A program made the translations under genes and the position numbers. A stretch of 64,000 nt of DNA from Spirochaetaceae bacterium. Its GTDB lineage: Bacteria > Spirochaetota > Spirochaetia > DSM-27196 > Alkalispirochaetaceae. Under the pieces are notes generated by a model that did not search any database, was not told the DNA's origin, and was given only the letters and a program-made list of their open reading frames with translations. Where the stretch lies: assembly GCA_007695175.1 (NCBI GenBank), contig REEH01000143.1:69152-133151 (forward strand). The letters are read 5' to 3'. Shown here piece after piece: positions 9,193 to 18,861 of this stretch. Within the stretch, counting starts at the first letter, position 1; every line of letters starts with the position of its first letter.

Positions 9193-9990
9193 ATGGATCG
9201 TCCCTTGATTCTGATCGGCGGGGGCGTGGGCCCCATGGCGGGTGTGGAGCTGCACCGCCGGATAATCGAGAATACCCGGACAAACGGCACGGACCAGGAT
9301 CACCTGGAGGTACTCCACCTGTCCCGGTCGCACCTGGTGGGTGACCGGACGGACTTTCTCGCTGGTATTGATGTGCCTGATCCGGCGGCGGGGATGGCGC
9401 GGGTTTTCCGCATGGCAGCGGGAGTACTGCAAAGCGAGGATCGTCGTGCCCTTGCGGGAGTACCCTGTAATACCTTTCACGCCCCGAGAATATTCAACCC
9501 CTTTGTCGAGGAAATCGGGAAGCTGGGTTTGCCCCTTCGGGTGGTGAACATGATCGACGAGACGAAAGAATGCGTATTCCGGGAGTTTCCCCGCAGCCGT
9601 CGCGTGGGACTGCTCTCCACCACGGGAACACGGGCTACCGGGGTGTATCGGGATGCACTGCTTGAATCGGAGATGGAGCTGGTCCAGATTCCGGAGTCGG
9701 AGCAACCCTTTCTGCATGAAGCGATCTACAATCTCACCTGGGGGCTCAAAGCGGTCTCACCACCGGATGCGCGCGCCCTGGAGCGCGTTGAGCGCTATGC
9801 CGTGATGCTCGCGGAATCGGGGGCGGAAGTGATCATTCTCGGTTGTACGGAGCTTCCTCTCGCATTGGCGGCGCCGGACTTCCGGGGTATTCCCCTGCTT
9901 GATCCCCTGACCGTTCTTGCACGAGCATTGGTACGCGCCACGGCACCGGAGAAGCTGCTCCCGACGGGCGAAGGAGAGATGCAACGGTAA
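9193..9990 (+). CDS. Aspartate/glutamate racemase family protein
   Basis: LILIGGGVGPMAG near the N-terminus and IILGCTELP near the C-terminus (the two catalytic Cys-region motifs of Asp/Glu/hydantoin racemases). Confidence 0.7.
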   Translation: MDRPLILIGGGVGPMAGVELHRRIIENTRTNGTDQDHLEVLHLSRSHLVGDRTDFLAGIDVPDPAAGMARVFRMAAGVLQSEDRRALAGVPCNTFHAPRIFNPFVEEIGKLGLPLRVVNMIDETKECVFREFPRSRRVGLLSTTGTRATGVYRDALLESEMELVQIPESEQPFLHEAIYNLTWGLKAVSPPDARALERVERYAVMLAESGAEVIILGCTELPLALAAPDFRGIPLLDPLTVLARALVRATAPEKLLPTGEGEMQR

Positions 9991-10861
9991 CCATCAGCAG
10001 CGCACCCGCGATGGCGGTGATGCCAAGGGCTCCTCTCAACGACACCGCTTCATCCAGCAGAAAAAATCCGAACAGAGCTGCCGCCGCCGGTTCGGCGAGC
10101 GAAACGGTGCCGGCCATGGCACCACCCACGCTGCGAAGACCCCGGGAAAAGAGGACGTAGGCGAGACCGGTCGCCACCACCCCCAGGTAGAGAACGGTTC
10201 CGACTCCATGGGCGGAATGGAGCCAGTCCAGCGGGCGAAGAATGAGCACCGGTGCAACCACCAGGGACGCCAGGAGGAAGAGGCGGCCCATGACCATCTC
10301 CGGTGGATGATCCTGAACGAGCCTCCGGATTACGATCGTCTGTGCCGCGTACGCGCCGGCCGCAAGCAGCGCGAGTCCGATACCGGCGCGGTCCATGGTG
10401 ACTTGAACGCCCGCCACATCCCCGCCACCCGCCAGCAGTATGACTCCGACGATGGAAATTGCCGTGGCGGGGAACCAGACCGGCCGCAATTTTTCCCTGA
10501 GGAAGACCGACGCGAGTAATCCCGCGAAGACGGGGGTGGTGCCGATCGTCGTTACCGTCGCCACCACGACGCCGGTCTGCCGCACCGCGGAAAAGAACGC
10601 GAACTGAAAGATCACGACGAAAAGAGTACCCGCCGGAAGGAGCGTGCGTGACCAGGGAAGGGTCGATCGCTGCCGCATCCGGTACGCCCGTGCGCTGATC
10701 AGAGCGCCCCCGATGATGATCCGGAGCGCCCCCACCGCGATCGGATCAATACCGGCGGGACCGAGGGTCTGTACCGTTCCGGTAGTACCCCAGATCAGTG
10801 ACGTGAGAAGAATCAGAAGTATACCCTGTGCCTCCGTCTGCCGATACCGAAGCTCGTTCAT
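9833..10861 (-). CDS. DMT superfamily transporter (EamA-like, 10 TM)
   Basis: Start at MNELRYRQTEAQGILLILLTSLIWGTTG... Two EamA-like halves. The 3' end overlaps the convergent racemase gene by ~158 bp. Confidence 0.7.
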   Translation of the reverse strand: MNELRYRQTEAQGILLILLTSLIWGTTGTVQTLGPAGIDPIAVGALRIIIGGALISARAYRMRQRSTLPWSRTLLPAGTLFVVIFQFAFFSAVRQTGVVVATVTTIGTTPVFAGLLASVFLREKLRPVWFPATAISIVGVILLAGGGDVAGVQVTMDRAGIGLALLAAGAYAAQTIVIRRLVQDHPPEMVMGRLFLLASLVVAPVLILRPLDWLHSAHGVGTVLYLGVVATGLAYVLFSRGLRSVGGAMAGTVSLAEPAAAALFGFFLLDEAVSLRGALGITAIAGALLMVTVASLLRPSGAASPVPWRVPMLVQERSGDQAGEYPGSPAPPMREEAPYNRE

Positions 10862-10953
10862 CCCGCGGGATTGTACAGGGAATCCGGCCGCGGGGGAATC
10901 TTTCGGTTGTTCCCCACCGGGAGCCGTGGTACCCTTGAAAACGGGAGTTGCCA

Positions 10954-11937
10954 ATGGCCTTGAACGGAGGGAGTACTCGACGGGATTTTCTGAAGCGCGC
11001 CGGCGTGGCGGCGGTCGGGATGGGCCTTGCCCTGACTCATCCCCTGGTTGCCCGGGACGCCTTCGTCGGTGAGGAGGGGCGGCCGGATCCGGGGAGCATG
11101 CCCTGCCGGCCGCTGGGCCGAACGGGTGCAAAGGTCGCTCTTTTCAGCCTTGGCGGGGAAGCGACGGTGCAGAACCGGCAGCGTCGACGGGATGCGACGG
11201 CGATCATCAATCGGGCCCTCGATCTCGGCGTCAACTATATCGATACATCCCCCACCTACGGCGGTGGAGGCAGTGAATCCAACATCGGGGATGTTCTCCA
11301 GGATCGTCGGGAGGAGGTCTTTCTCGCTACAAAGACGCACAGTCGCACCTACGACGGGACCATGCGCCTGGTGGAAGAGTCCCTGAAGCGTCTGAGGACG
11401 GACAGGATTGATCTCTATCAGATTCATAACGTGCGGCTGCCCTCGGATCTCGCGACCGCTCTCGGTCCCGGGGGCGCCCTGAAGGCGCTGGAGGAACTCC
11501 GGTCCGCCGGAGTTATCCGCTTTACGGGAATCACGGGCCATCGCGACCCGGATGTTCTCCTGCGAGGTATCAGGGAGTACCCCTTTGACTCTCTTCTCAT
11601 GACACTCAACGCGGCGGACATACACGAACGCCCCTTCCAGAAGGAGCTGCTCCGGGAGGCGGTGCGCCGTGAGATGGGCGTGATCGCGATGAAGGTTACC
11701 GCGGTGGGTCGGATCTTCCGCGAGGGAGGAATAACCTCGATGGAGGAAGCCCTGGGATACACCCTCTCCTTCCCCGTGAGTACGGCGATCGTTGGTGTCT
11801 CCAATTTGCGGGAGCTGGAGCAGAATGTCCAGGTGGCCCGTCGCTTCACACCCTACGCGGAGGCTGAAAAGGCGAGGATCGAGAGTCTGACCCTCCCTTA
11901 TGCGGCGGAGGGCAACTTTTTCAAGCACCACTGGTAG
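10954..11937 (+). CDS. Aldo/keto reductase with twin-arginine (TAT) signal peptide
   Basis: MALNGGSTRRDFLKRAGVAAVGMGLALTHPLVA, then AKR motifs (NYIDTSPTYGGGGSE, DLYQIHN). ATG 10954 after GGGAG. Confidence 0.8.
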   Translation: MALNGGSTRRDFLKRAGVAAVGMGLALTHPLVARDAFVGEEGRPDPGSMPCRPLGRTGAKVALFSLGGEATVQNRQRRRDATAIINRALDLGVNYIDTSPTYGGGGSESNIGDVLQDRREEVFLATKTHSRTYDGTMRLVEESLKRLRTDRIDLYQIHNVRLPSDLATALGPGGALKALEELRSAGVIRFTGITGHRDPDVLLRGIREYPFDSLLMTLNAADIHERPFQKELLREAVRREMGVIAMKVTAVGRIFREGGITSMEEALGYTLSFPVSTAIVGVSNLRELEQNVQVARRFTPYAEAEKARIESLTLPYAAEGNFFKHHW

Positions 11938-11962
11938 GAACGGATGGTGCGGGAGGTGAAAC

Positions 11963-13054
11963 ATGGCGATCTCGAGACGGGGGTTTTTGAAGAGCGCGGC
12001 CCTTGCGGGCGGAGCCCTGCTGTTCCAGAGTCACTCGTCCCGCGAGCAGGATCCCGATTCAGTCACCGGTGCGACCCCGTCCGAGGGTGCAGCGCGGGTG
12101 TCGGGAGAGTGGGTGCCGGCTTACCGCACGCTTGAGGAAGAGGGACGCTTTTCGGACAGGATTGACGAAGCCTGGGAGCACCTTGGCCGTTGCGATCTCT
12201 GTCCGCGCCAGTGCGGAGTCAATCGCCTGCAGGGCGGTCGCGGTCTGTGCCGCGCCCCGTCCAGGGTGGTGGTCTACTCCGCCCAGCCCCATTTCGGGGA
12301 GGAGATCCCCCTTGTAGGGCGGGGCGGGTCCGGTACGATCTTTTTCTCAAACTGCAACCTGCGCTGCGTATTCTGCCAGAACTGGCCCATCGCCCATGAG
12401 GGGCGGGGCCGGGAGATCAGCGACGCGGAACTGGCGGATCTCATGCTGGCGCTCCAGCGCCTGGGGTGCCACAATATCAATGTGGTAACACCGACCCACG
12501 TAATGCCCCACATACTCAAGGCGACGCGCCTGGCGATGCTCCAGGGTCTGAATCTCCCCCTGTGCTACAATACCGGCGGTTACGAGCGGCCGGAGATCGT
12601 GAAGCTCCTGGACGGCATTGTTGATATCTACCTGCCTGATATCAAGATGATGAACGGCTGGGAGGCCCGGCAGTACCTGGGAAGCGCCGAGGATTACCCG
12701 GAAATGGCCATGGGCTCCGTCCGGGAAATGCATCGGCAGGTGGGGGAGCTGCAGAAGGACAGTGCCGGTATCGCCCGGCGCGGAGTTATGATCCGCCACC
12801 TGGTGATGCCCAACGGAATCGCCGGCACGGCGGATTTTGTCCGGTGGGTTGCCTCAGAGCTGACTACCTCCACGTACGTCAATATCATGGCCCAGTACCG
12901 CGTGGAGCACCGGGCGTTCGAGTATCCACCGATTGCGAGGTCCATAACGTCCCGGGAGTTCGTGGAGGCGATGCAGCTCGCCCGGGAAGCCGGACTTACC
13001 AACCTGGATGAGCGATCGGTCATGCAGTACCAGGTGCATCGCAGTCGCGTCTGA
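11963..13054 (+). CDS. Radical SAM enzyme, PflA-like (AmmeMemoRadiSam-type architecture) with TAT-like N-terminus
   Basis: MAISRRGFLKSAALAGGALLF. N-terminal CDLCPRQC. GSGTIFFSNCNLRCVFCQNW (CxxxCxxC). GGGAGG RBS 5 nt before the ATG. Confidence 0.75.
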   Translation: MAISRRGFLKSAALAGGALLFQSHSSREQDPDSVTGATPSEGAARVSGEWVPAYRTLEEEGRFSDRIDEAWEHLGRCDLCPRQCGVNRLQGGRGLCRAPSRVVVYSAQPHFGEEIPLVGRGGSGTIFFSNCNLRCVFCQNWPIAHEGRGREISDAELADLMLALQRLGCHNINVVTPTHVMPHILKATRLAMLQGLNLPLCYNTGGYERPEIVKLLDGIVDIYLPDIKMMNGWEARQYLGSAEDYPEMAMGSVREMHRQVGELQKDSAGIARRGVMIRHLVMPNGIAGTADFVRWVASELTTSTYVNIMAQYRVEHRAFEYPPIARSITSREFVEAMQLAREAGLTNLDERSVMQYQVHRSRV

Positions 13055-14218
13055 TCAGCTCCACCGTCCGGGTATCGCCCCGTTGCAGCGTGAGCAGTGC
13101 CCATCCCGTATGTTGATCTCCTCGATTACGAAACCGAGACGCTTGATCGCGGTGGCTCCGCAGGAGGGGCAATAGGTGTTTTCTCCCTCGTGCCCCGTGA
13201 CACGGGCGACATACACGTAGTTGAGGCCCGCCTCCCGGGCCGCATCACGGGCACGATCGATCGTCGCCACCGGTGTGGGCGGGAGGTTGCTCAGCTTGTA
13301 GAGCGGGTAGAAGCGGGCCAGGTGAAGCGGCACGTCCGGACCGAGTTCGTCGTGGATCCACCGGCACATGCGGCGTATCATCGCGGTGTCGTCGTTCATG
13401 GTCGGGATCAGAAGATTGGTGATTTCCAGGTGAACACCGTTCTTTCCGAGCACTTTCAACGTATCCAGGACCGGTTGCAGCTCGCCCCCGCAGAGATTCC
13501 GGTAAAACTCCGGATCGAAGCTCTTCAAGTCCACATTCACCGCGTCCAGATTGTCCATCACCGCCGTGAGCGGCTCCCTGTTGATGTAGCCGCTGGTATG
13601 CAGAAGATTGTGCAGTCCGGCGCGGCGGGCACGTACACTCGTTTCCTGTACGTACTCCCAGAACGCTACCGGTTCACCAAAGGCATAGCTTACCGACTGG
13701 ACACCGGTGCTGCGCGCATGCTCCACCACATCCCGGGGCGGGAGGTGGTACGTATGGACCTCCTCCGGAGAAACAAGCGCCATATCCCAGACCTCACAGA
13801 AGGAGCACGACAGGGGGCAGCCGGCGGTGGAGATGGAGAGGGCCCGGGAACCGGGCAGAAAGTGGAAGAACGGCTTCCGTTCCACCGGATCCGACTGAAC
13901 GAGCGCGGGATTGCCGTAGGAGAGGGTATACCCGGTGCCGTTCTGGTTTGTCCGGACGCGGCAGCTTCCGCGTTCACCCGGCCCGATGCGGCACTCCCGC
14001 GGGCAGAGCAGGCACTGCACACCCTTGCGGGAGAGAGAACGGAACCACGGTGAGGGGTGTTTGCCCGTTACGCCCCGCGCCGTGGTCTGGGCATGCGTCG
14101 TGTGCAGGAGCCCCGGCGCTCCCAGGAGACCCGAAAGGCAGAGTGCCCCCGCACCGAATGCGCCGGCTTTCAGTATTGCCCGCCGTTGAAGATCGATCCC
14201 TTCTTTTCCCTTTTTCAT
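13055..14218 (-). CDS. Radical SAM enzyme, PflA-like paralog with TAT-like N-terminus and C-terminal CxxC...CxxC
   Basis: Start at MKKGKEGIDLQRRAILKAGAFGAGALCLSG (ATG 14218, ATGA overlap with the upstream stop). CLLCPRECRIG. AGCPLSCSFCEVWD. C-terminal CPSCG...CSRCNG. The listed N-terminal ORF extension overlaps the upstream gene in another frame. Confidence 0.75.
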   Translation of the reverse strand: MKKGKEGIDLQRRAILKAGAFGAGALCLSGLLGAPGLLHTTHAQTTARGVTGKHPSPWFRSLSRKGVQCLLCPRECRIGPGERGSCRVRTNQNGTGYTLSYGNPALVQSDPVERKPFFHFLPGSRALSISTAGCPLSCSFCEVWDMALVSPEEVHTYHLPPRDVVEHARSTGVQSVSYAFGEPVAFWEYVQETSVRARRAGLHNLLHTSGYINREPLTAVMDNLDAVNVDLKSFDPEFYRNLCGGELQPVLDTLKVLGKNGVHLEITNLLIPTMNDDTAMIRRMCRWIHDELGPDVPLHLARFYPLYKLSNLPPTPVATIDRARDAAREAGLNYVYVARVTGHEGENTYCPSCGATAIKRLGFVIEEINIRDGHCSRCNGAIPGRWS

Positions 14219-16638
14219 GGCCCGCTTCCTTTCTCCGATATCCTCAGTATACCATGGGATACGGCGTTTCCCGTAGCGGCGAGCATGCAGCACGCCACGA
14301 TTCCCAGCACGGGAGCCACCGCGAGTCCCGCAAGAAGCGATCCGAGACACGCCCCGAAAAGCTCCATGCCATATACGATTCCGGTCGTGCCCTCGGCGTT
14401 GCCCCTGATCCGGTGGTAGCAGGCCGTCGTGAGGGGGAAGTCGAAGCCGTTCAGAAATCCTGCCGAGAACGTGAGGGTGAAGAAGAAGCCCAGGAGAATC
14501 ATTGGTCTTTCGATCGTTGCGATAGGGGGGAGAGCGAGCCCGATAAGAAGCGCCCAGACCGCGATGATCAGCTGCACCCGACGGAGAACGAGGCGGCTTC
14601 CGGGATCCGGAACGAAGCGCCGGGCCGCCGTCGCGCCGAGAGCCAGCCCCACCATGAAGGCCGCTACGATCAGCCCGATCATCTCGTAGACGTATCCGTA
14701 AAAACTCTGGAAGGCGAAAAGAAGCGCGATCTGCAGCGCCATCGTGGAAAGGCCGGTGGTGAAAACCGCCACGAGAACGGCATACCGGTCGCTGCGCTTT
14801 CCGTCGCGTCGCTTGTCGCGCCCCCGGAGCAGGACCGCCGTGAGGAGAGCCAGGAGGATCGGCGGAATGATCCACCAGGGGCGGATACGGAGGATCCACG
14901 TAATCACTCTCCCCGGGGAATCCCGGGTCAGAGTACTCCAGTACGCCAGGGTATGCACGTATCCGATCGGTCGGAAGTCGGAATTGATAAAGTAACCTTC
15001 ATTGATCGGAGGCAGATCCTTCTCCATGCTTTCCTGCTCCGGTATGGTGGGAACCAGGAGCGGCACGGGCTCCGGCCCGTCCATGTGGGCCGATGGTGTC
15101 CGCCCGTGATTGCGAAGAATCCAGCCGAGCCGTCGGAGCGGGTCCTCCTCCAGGAGGAGCTGGAACTGGAATGGCGAGAAGGTGCTCTCCCGGATGCCCC
15201 GTTCGAGATAGCGCATTTGCAGGATCGATGGATCGGCGGTGGTTATCCCCGCACTTCCGGCGGCCACGAAGGTCAGGTGGCGCTGCCCCAGGGGCAGCAC
15301 GTGGTCAAAGACTCGTTTCAGGGTGTGATAGATGGTAGCGTTGCGGTTTGCCAGAGCGCGTCCACGCAGATCGGCGGCGGAGCCGACGCCGATCACCAGA
15401 ACGCCCCGCTCCTGGAGGCGCCGTGCCGCTTCCCGAAAAAACTCCTCCGTGTAGTAGCGGTTCAACACCGCCGTGAAGGGATCGGGTGTATCAATGATGA
15501 TGATGTCGTAGAGCTCCGCCTCGGAATCCGCACCGCCCCCTCCCGACTTGATAAAGAGGCGCCCGTCGCCATGGAGAAGACGCACCTCCCGCCGGTCCAG
15601 GGGTTCCGTCCTTGATCGGGGCAGGTGCTGTCGCGCCACCCTGGTCAGTACCGGATCGAGCTCAAGGTAATCCACCCGTTCCACCGGATGGGTCAGGATT
15701 TCGCGCAGAATGCCCCGCAGACCGCCTCCTACAAGCAGAATCCGTCGCGGCCGGGGATGCTGCGTCAGGGCCAGGTGCGCTGCGGTGATCGCCTCCTGTT
15801 CCTCCAGTTCCACCTCACCGGCGGAGAAAACCAGGTTGCCGCTCTGGAAGAAACTGTACTGGCCCTCCCGATGCGCGACGGAAACCGTTCCGTAGCGCGA
15901 CTGGTGGACCGCGAGGAGCTGGTGTTCCGGGCTGAAATACTTCCATTGCTGCTGGTGCGCCCACCCGTCGAAGGTGTCCAGAAAGGGGAGGGAGAGAATC
16001 AGGGTGGCGATCACGATCCAGAGCGGAATACGGCCGGTACGGGATGCCACGGTGAGCGAGGCCAGGGCCATCACGATACCTGCCAGAACCACCGCATGAA
16101 AGGAAGAGATGCGGTTCACCAGGAGGAGGGAGAAGAGCACCCCCCCCAGTGCGTTGCCCAGGGCCTCGGTGACGTAGGTCTTTCCCGCGCCGCCCTCGTT
16201 TTCCAGACCGTCCCGGAGCCGCCACGCCCGGGCGAGCAGAACAAAGAGCATTCCCAGGAGCACCCCGACCGGTGCGGTTACCAGGAAAACGGAGAGCGTC
16301 ATATCCGGTATGGAGAGATACGCTCCCGGCTGAACGGAGAAGAATGAGCGCAGTATCCGCACGAGGAAGAGCGTTACCGGCAGCAGTATCGGCAGGATCG
16401 TGCCGGTGAGCGCTATTGCCGGAGCGGGAGACGTGTCTCCGGTGAACCGGCTCGCCACGTATCCGGCCCCCACGCTGCCCAGACCGACCCACACCATCCA
16501 CGCTCCGAGAATGATTCCCATGGAGAGCTCGTTGCCGTGAAAGACGATCAGCAGTTCCCGCAGGAGTACGATCTGCCCGATCTGACCCACGATACCCAGG
16601 GAAAGTACGAGTGCCGGTGTAGCATGTGTCCTCTTCAT
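14215..16638 (-). CDS. Fused MFS-like membrane domain / spermidine synthase-like (aminopropyltransferase fold) protein
   Basis: 807 aa. N- and C-terminal polytopic membrane regions flank a SpeE-like core (ILLVGGGLRGILREI...YLELDP...DIIIIDTPDP...GVLVIG). Confidence 0.7.
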   Translation of the reverse strand: MKRTHATPALVLSLGIVGQIGQIVLLRELLIVFHGNELSMGIILGAWMVWVGLGSVGAGYVASRFTGDTSPAPAIALTGTILPILLPVTLFLVRILRSFFSVQPGAYLSIPDMTLSVFLVTAPVGVLLGMLFVLLARAWRLRDGLENEGGAGKTYVTEALGNALGGVLFSLLLVNRISSFHAVVLAGIVMALASLTVASRTGRIPLWIVIATLILSLPFLDTFDGWAHQQQWKYFSPEHQLLAVHQSRYGTVSVAHREGQYSFFQSGNLVFSAGEVELEEQEAITAAHLALTQHPRPRRILLVGGGLRGILREILTHPVERVDYLELDPVLTRVARQHLPRSRTEPLDRREVRLLHGDGRLFIKSGGGGADSEAELYDIIIIDTPDPFTAVLNRYYTEEFFREAARRLQERGVLVIGVGSAADLRGRALANRNATIYHTLKRVFDHVLPLGQRHLTFVAAGSAGITTADPSILQMRYLERGIRESTFSPFQFQLLLEEDPLRRLGWILRNHGRTPSAHMDGPEPVPLLVPTIPEQESMEKDLPPINEGYFINSDFRPIGYVHTLAYWSTLTRDSPGRVITWILRIRPWWIIPPILLALLTAVLLRGRDKRRDGKRSDRYAVLVAVFTTGLSTMALQIALLFAFQSFYGYVYEMIGLIVAAFMVGLALGATAARRFVPDPGSRLVLRRVQLIIAVWALLIGLALPPIATIERPMILLGFFFTLTFSAGFLNGFDFPLTTACYHRIRGNAEGTTGIVYGMELFGACLGSLLAGLAVAPVLGIVACCMLAATGNAVSHGILRISEKGSGP

Positions 16639-16723
16639 GCGTCCGTGGAACCGCCTCCACCCCCCACTGTAACGCTCCCGGTTTTTCCGGTCAATGCTCG
16701 GTACGACAGCTGCGACGGCGGTG

Positions 16724-16743
16724 GCCGCGGCCGCAGCCGCGGC
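16724..16743. other. Perfect GC hairpin GCCGCGGC-CGCA-GCCGCGGC abutting the mnhD-1 stop codon
   Basis: Read directly. No U-tract on either strand, so not called a terminator. Confidence 0.3.
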
Positions 16744-18276
16744 TTATCCGAAGACGACGAGCTGCAGGTAGATCATCTCCGTAAAGAAAAGCACCACGAT
16801 GTAGAGGAGTTCGTAGTTCAGATTACGGAAGAAAAAGCGCGTATCGAGACGGGAAAGAATTGACAGCCGGCGATACAGGGGACGGGCAAATACCAGGGCA
16901 CTCCCCATAACGGCCAGATCTATCAGGAAAGCAATGCCGGGCCGGCTGAGCGGGTAGGGGAAGGCAAGGTAATAGATCGCAAACATGGCAAGAAAGGTGA
17001 GGTAGAAGAGGTTGTTCTCCTTCTTCCGGACGATGCGATATCGGAACTTGAAGAACGCCCCCAGCACCAGAAACATCGAGAAGTAAACAACCAGGCGATA
17101 ACCCCCGAAGGACCCGACGAACTGGTACTTCAGTGCGTACGTCAGGGCGGGAAAGAATCCGGTGGTGAACAGAACGCCCAGACCACATATGGTGAGAGCT
17201 TTCCAGCTTCCCGCAACGCGCAGGTCGTCCTGGCGGGACTCGTCGTAGTCGAACTGGTCGTAGAGGAGGAAGAGGAGGCACTTGTACAGACCGTGAACGA
17301 CGATGTACGTAAAGGCTACCTCGTACATGCGGTAGGAGAGCATCAGCCCGATAAAACCGATCGTGAAGACCGTGGTTCCCGCGATGACGCGTTTGAGATG
17401 GGGCTCGAAGAAGAGAAAGAGTGCCGGCAAGAGCATGGTCGTCACCGAGAGAATACGCAGAAAATCGAAGATCCCCGTAAACCCCAGCAGGTCCGCCGGT
17501 ACAAGAACGAGGTAGTAGAGCCCGTAAATACCTGTGAAGATCGTAAAGGCCGAAAGAAATGCGGAGATGAGGGAGTTGGTGGCGGTATGGCACGTGCTGA
17601 CCCAGCTTGAGACGGGGAAAAACGCACCTTTCACAAAGAATGCGGTGCTGAACAGCAGCAGCACCAGGTGCAGGTTGTATTCACTGAAGGTCATTATCTG
17701 ATCCACGAAGGAGAACCCGAAGTAGGAACCGGAGGCGTAGAGCAGGATCACACCACCGAGGAAAAGCGCCGAACTTGAAGCGCCGATGATCATGTACTTG
17801 ATTGAGGCGTAATACTTGCCCTTGATACCGATCAGGACGTAGGCAGCCATGATCATTACCTCGTAGAAGACGTAGAAAGTAAAGACGTCGCCCGTGACCA
17901 GAAGCCCACTGCAGCCGGCCAGGTAAAAGAGGAGGATCATGCGGACGTACTGCGTCTTGAAGAGGTGAAGGCGGAAAAGGGTAAAGAGAAGCGGTGTCAG
18001 GTAAGCCGCGAGGAAGTAGGTTTTGTGGGCATCAAAGGCAAATACTATTGAGTAGTCCCATTCGGAAATGGCTGTTACAAAGACACCCTCGTAACCGATG
18101 AAGGATGCGATAATCACTGCCCCCGAGGCCAACTGGGCCAGGACTACCGCTACGATGACGGCCGAGGAGATGTCACGGCGCAGAAGGTACTTGGCGGTGA
18201 GGATAAACACATTCCCCAGGAGCGGGAGAACGGGGAAGAAGAGGAGCAGTGTCCGCACCAGGTATTCAGCGTTCAT
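16744..18276 (-). CDS. mnhD: Mrp/Mbh antiporter subunit D (NuoN/MbhH-like proton-translocating subunit), cluster 1
   Basis: 510 aa, ~14 TM, complex-I subunit 2/4/5 family pattern. Confidence 0.8.
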   Translation of the reverse strand: MNAEYLVRTLLLFFPVLPLLGNVFILTAKYLLRRDISSAVIVAVVLAQLASGAVIIASFIGYEGVFVTAISEWDYSIVFAFDAHKTYFLAAYLTPLLFTLFRLHLFKTQYVRMILLFYLAGCSGLLVTGDVFTFYVFYEVMIMAAYVLIGIKGKYYASIKYMIIGASSSALFLGGVILLYASGSYFGFSFVDQIMTFSEYNLHLVLLLFSTAFFVKGAFFPVSSWVSTCHTATNSLISAFLSAFTIFTGIYGLYYLVLVPADLLGFTGIFDFLRILSVTTMLLPALFLFFEPHLKRVIAGTTVFTIGFIGLMLSYRMYEVAFTYIVVHGLYKCLLFLLYDQFDYDESRQDDLRVAGSWKALTICGLGVLFTTGFFPALTYALKYQFVGSFGGYRLVVYFSMFLVLGAFFKFRYRIVRKKENNLFYLTFLAMFAIYYLAFPYPLSRPGIAFLIDLAVMGSALVFARPLYRRLSILSRLDTRFFFRNLNYELLYIVVLFFTEMIYLQLVVFG

Positions 18277-18577
18277 GTATCTCCGATATCTCTATCGTCC
18301 CGTGGTGTTGAAAATACTTCACGACAAAGGCGAGGGCGAGCGCGTTGAAGCAGACCCCTATTACGATCGCCGTAAGCATCAGGGCCTGCGGTACGGGATC
18401 CACGAATGTGGACTCCGGCACGCTGAGAATCGGAGCGGCGGCATGCGCCTGGAACCCGGTGGTGAGAAAAGACATCACCACGATACCCTGAACGACCGTG
18501 AGGCTCATGATTTTCCTGATCAGGTTGTCACAGACCACCAGCCCGTAGAGACCGACAAAGAGAATCAGCAGCGTCAT
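18266..18577 (-). CDS. mnhC: Mrp antiporter subunit C (NuoK-like), cluster 1
   Basis: 103 aa, 3 TM, MrpC-like; overlaps mnhD by 11 nt. Confidence 0.8.
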   Translation of the reverse strand: MTLLILFVGLYGLVVCDNLIRKIMSLTVVQGIVVMSFLTTGFQAHAAAPILSVPESTFVDPVPQALMLTAIVIGVCFNALALAFVVKYFQHHGTIEISEIHER

Positions 18578-18861
18578 GAGGTGCTCCGGATATACTTCAT
18601 ACCGAAGACGGTGAGGATCACCACGTTCACCTCCAGGAAAGTATCAAAAATCCGCGGTCCCAGGTACACCACCGCCACCATGTTCTCAATGTTCATGTGT
18701 TCCGCCAGCCCCCGGAAATCGGGAACGACCTGGCTGAAAACGAGATCGATTCCCCGCATGTAGGTCGCCACGTACACCAGCGATCCCAGCAGTATCACCG
18801 CCACGAGGGAATCAAAGATGACCTTGCGTCGTTTTTTCCTGTCAGTCCCGGTATGGTTCAT
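18574..18861 (-). CDS. Mrp subunit B-like small membrane protein (MbhF-like), cluster 1
   Basis: NMVAVVYLGPRIFDTFLEVNVVILTV matches the MrpB signature (NVV-x-IL-x-x-R-x-FDT-x-GE). 4-nt overlap with mnhC. Confidence 0.6.
   Translation of the reverse strand: MNHTGTDRKKRRKVIFDSLVAVILLGSLVYVATYMRGIDLVFSQVVPDFRGLAEHMNIENMVAVVYLGPRIFDTFLEVNVVILTVFGMKYIRSTS

Noticed and set aside
16724-16743. GC hairpin after mnhD-1 as an intrinsic terminator.
   Set aside because: No U-tract on either strand. The downstream gene follows within 105 bp on the same strand, so read-through is more likely.
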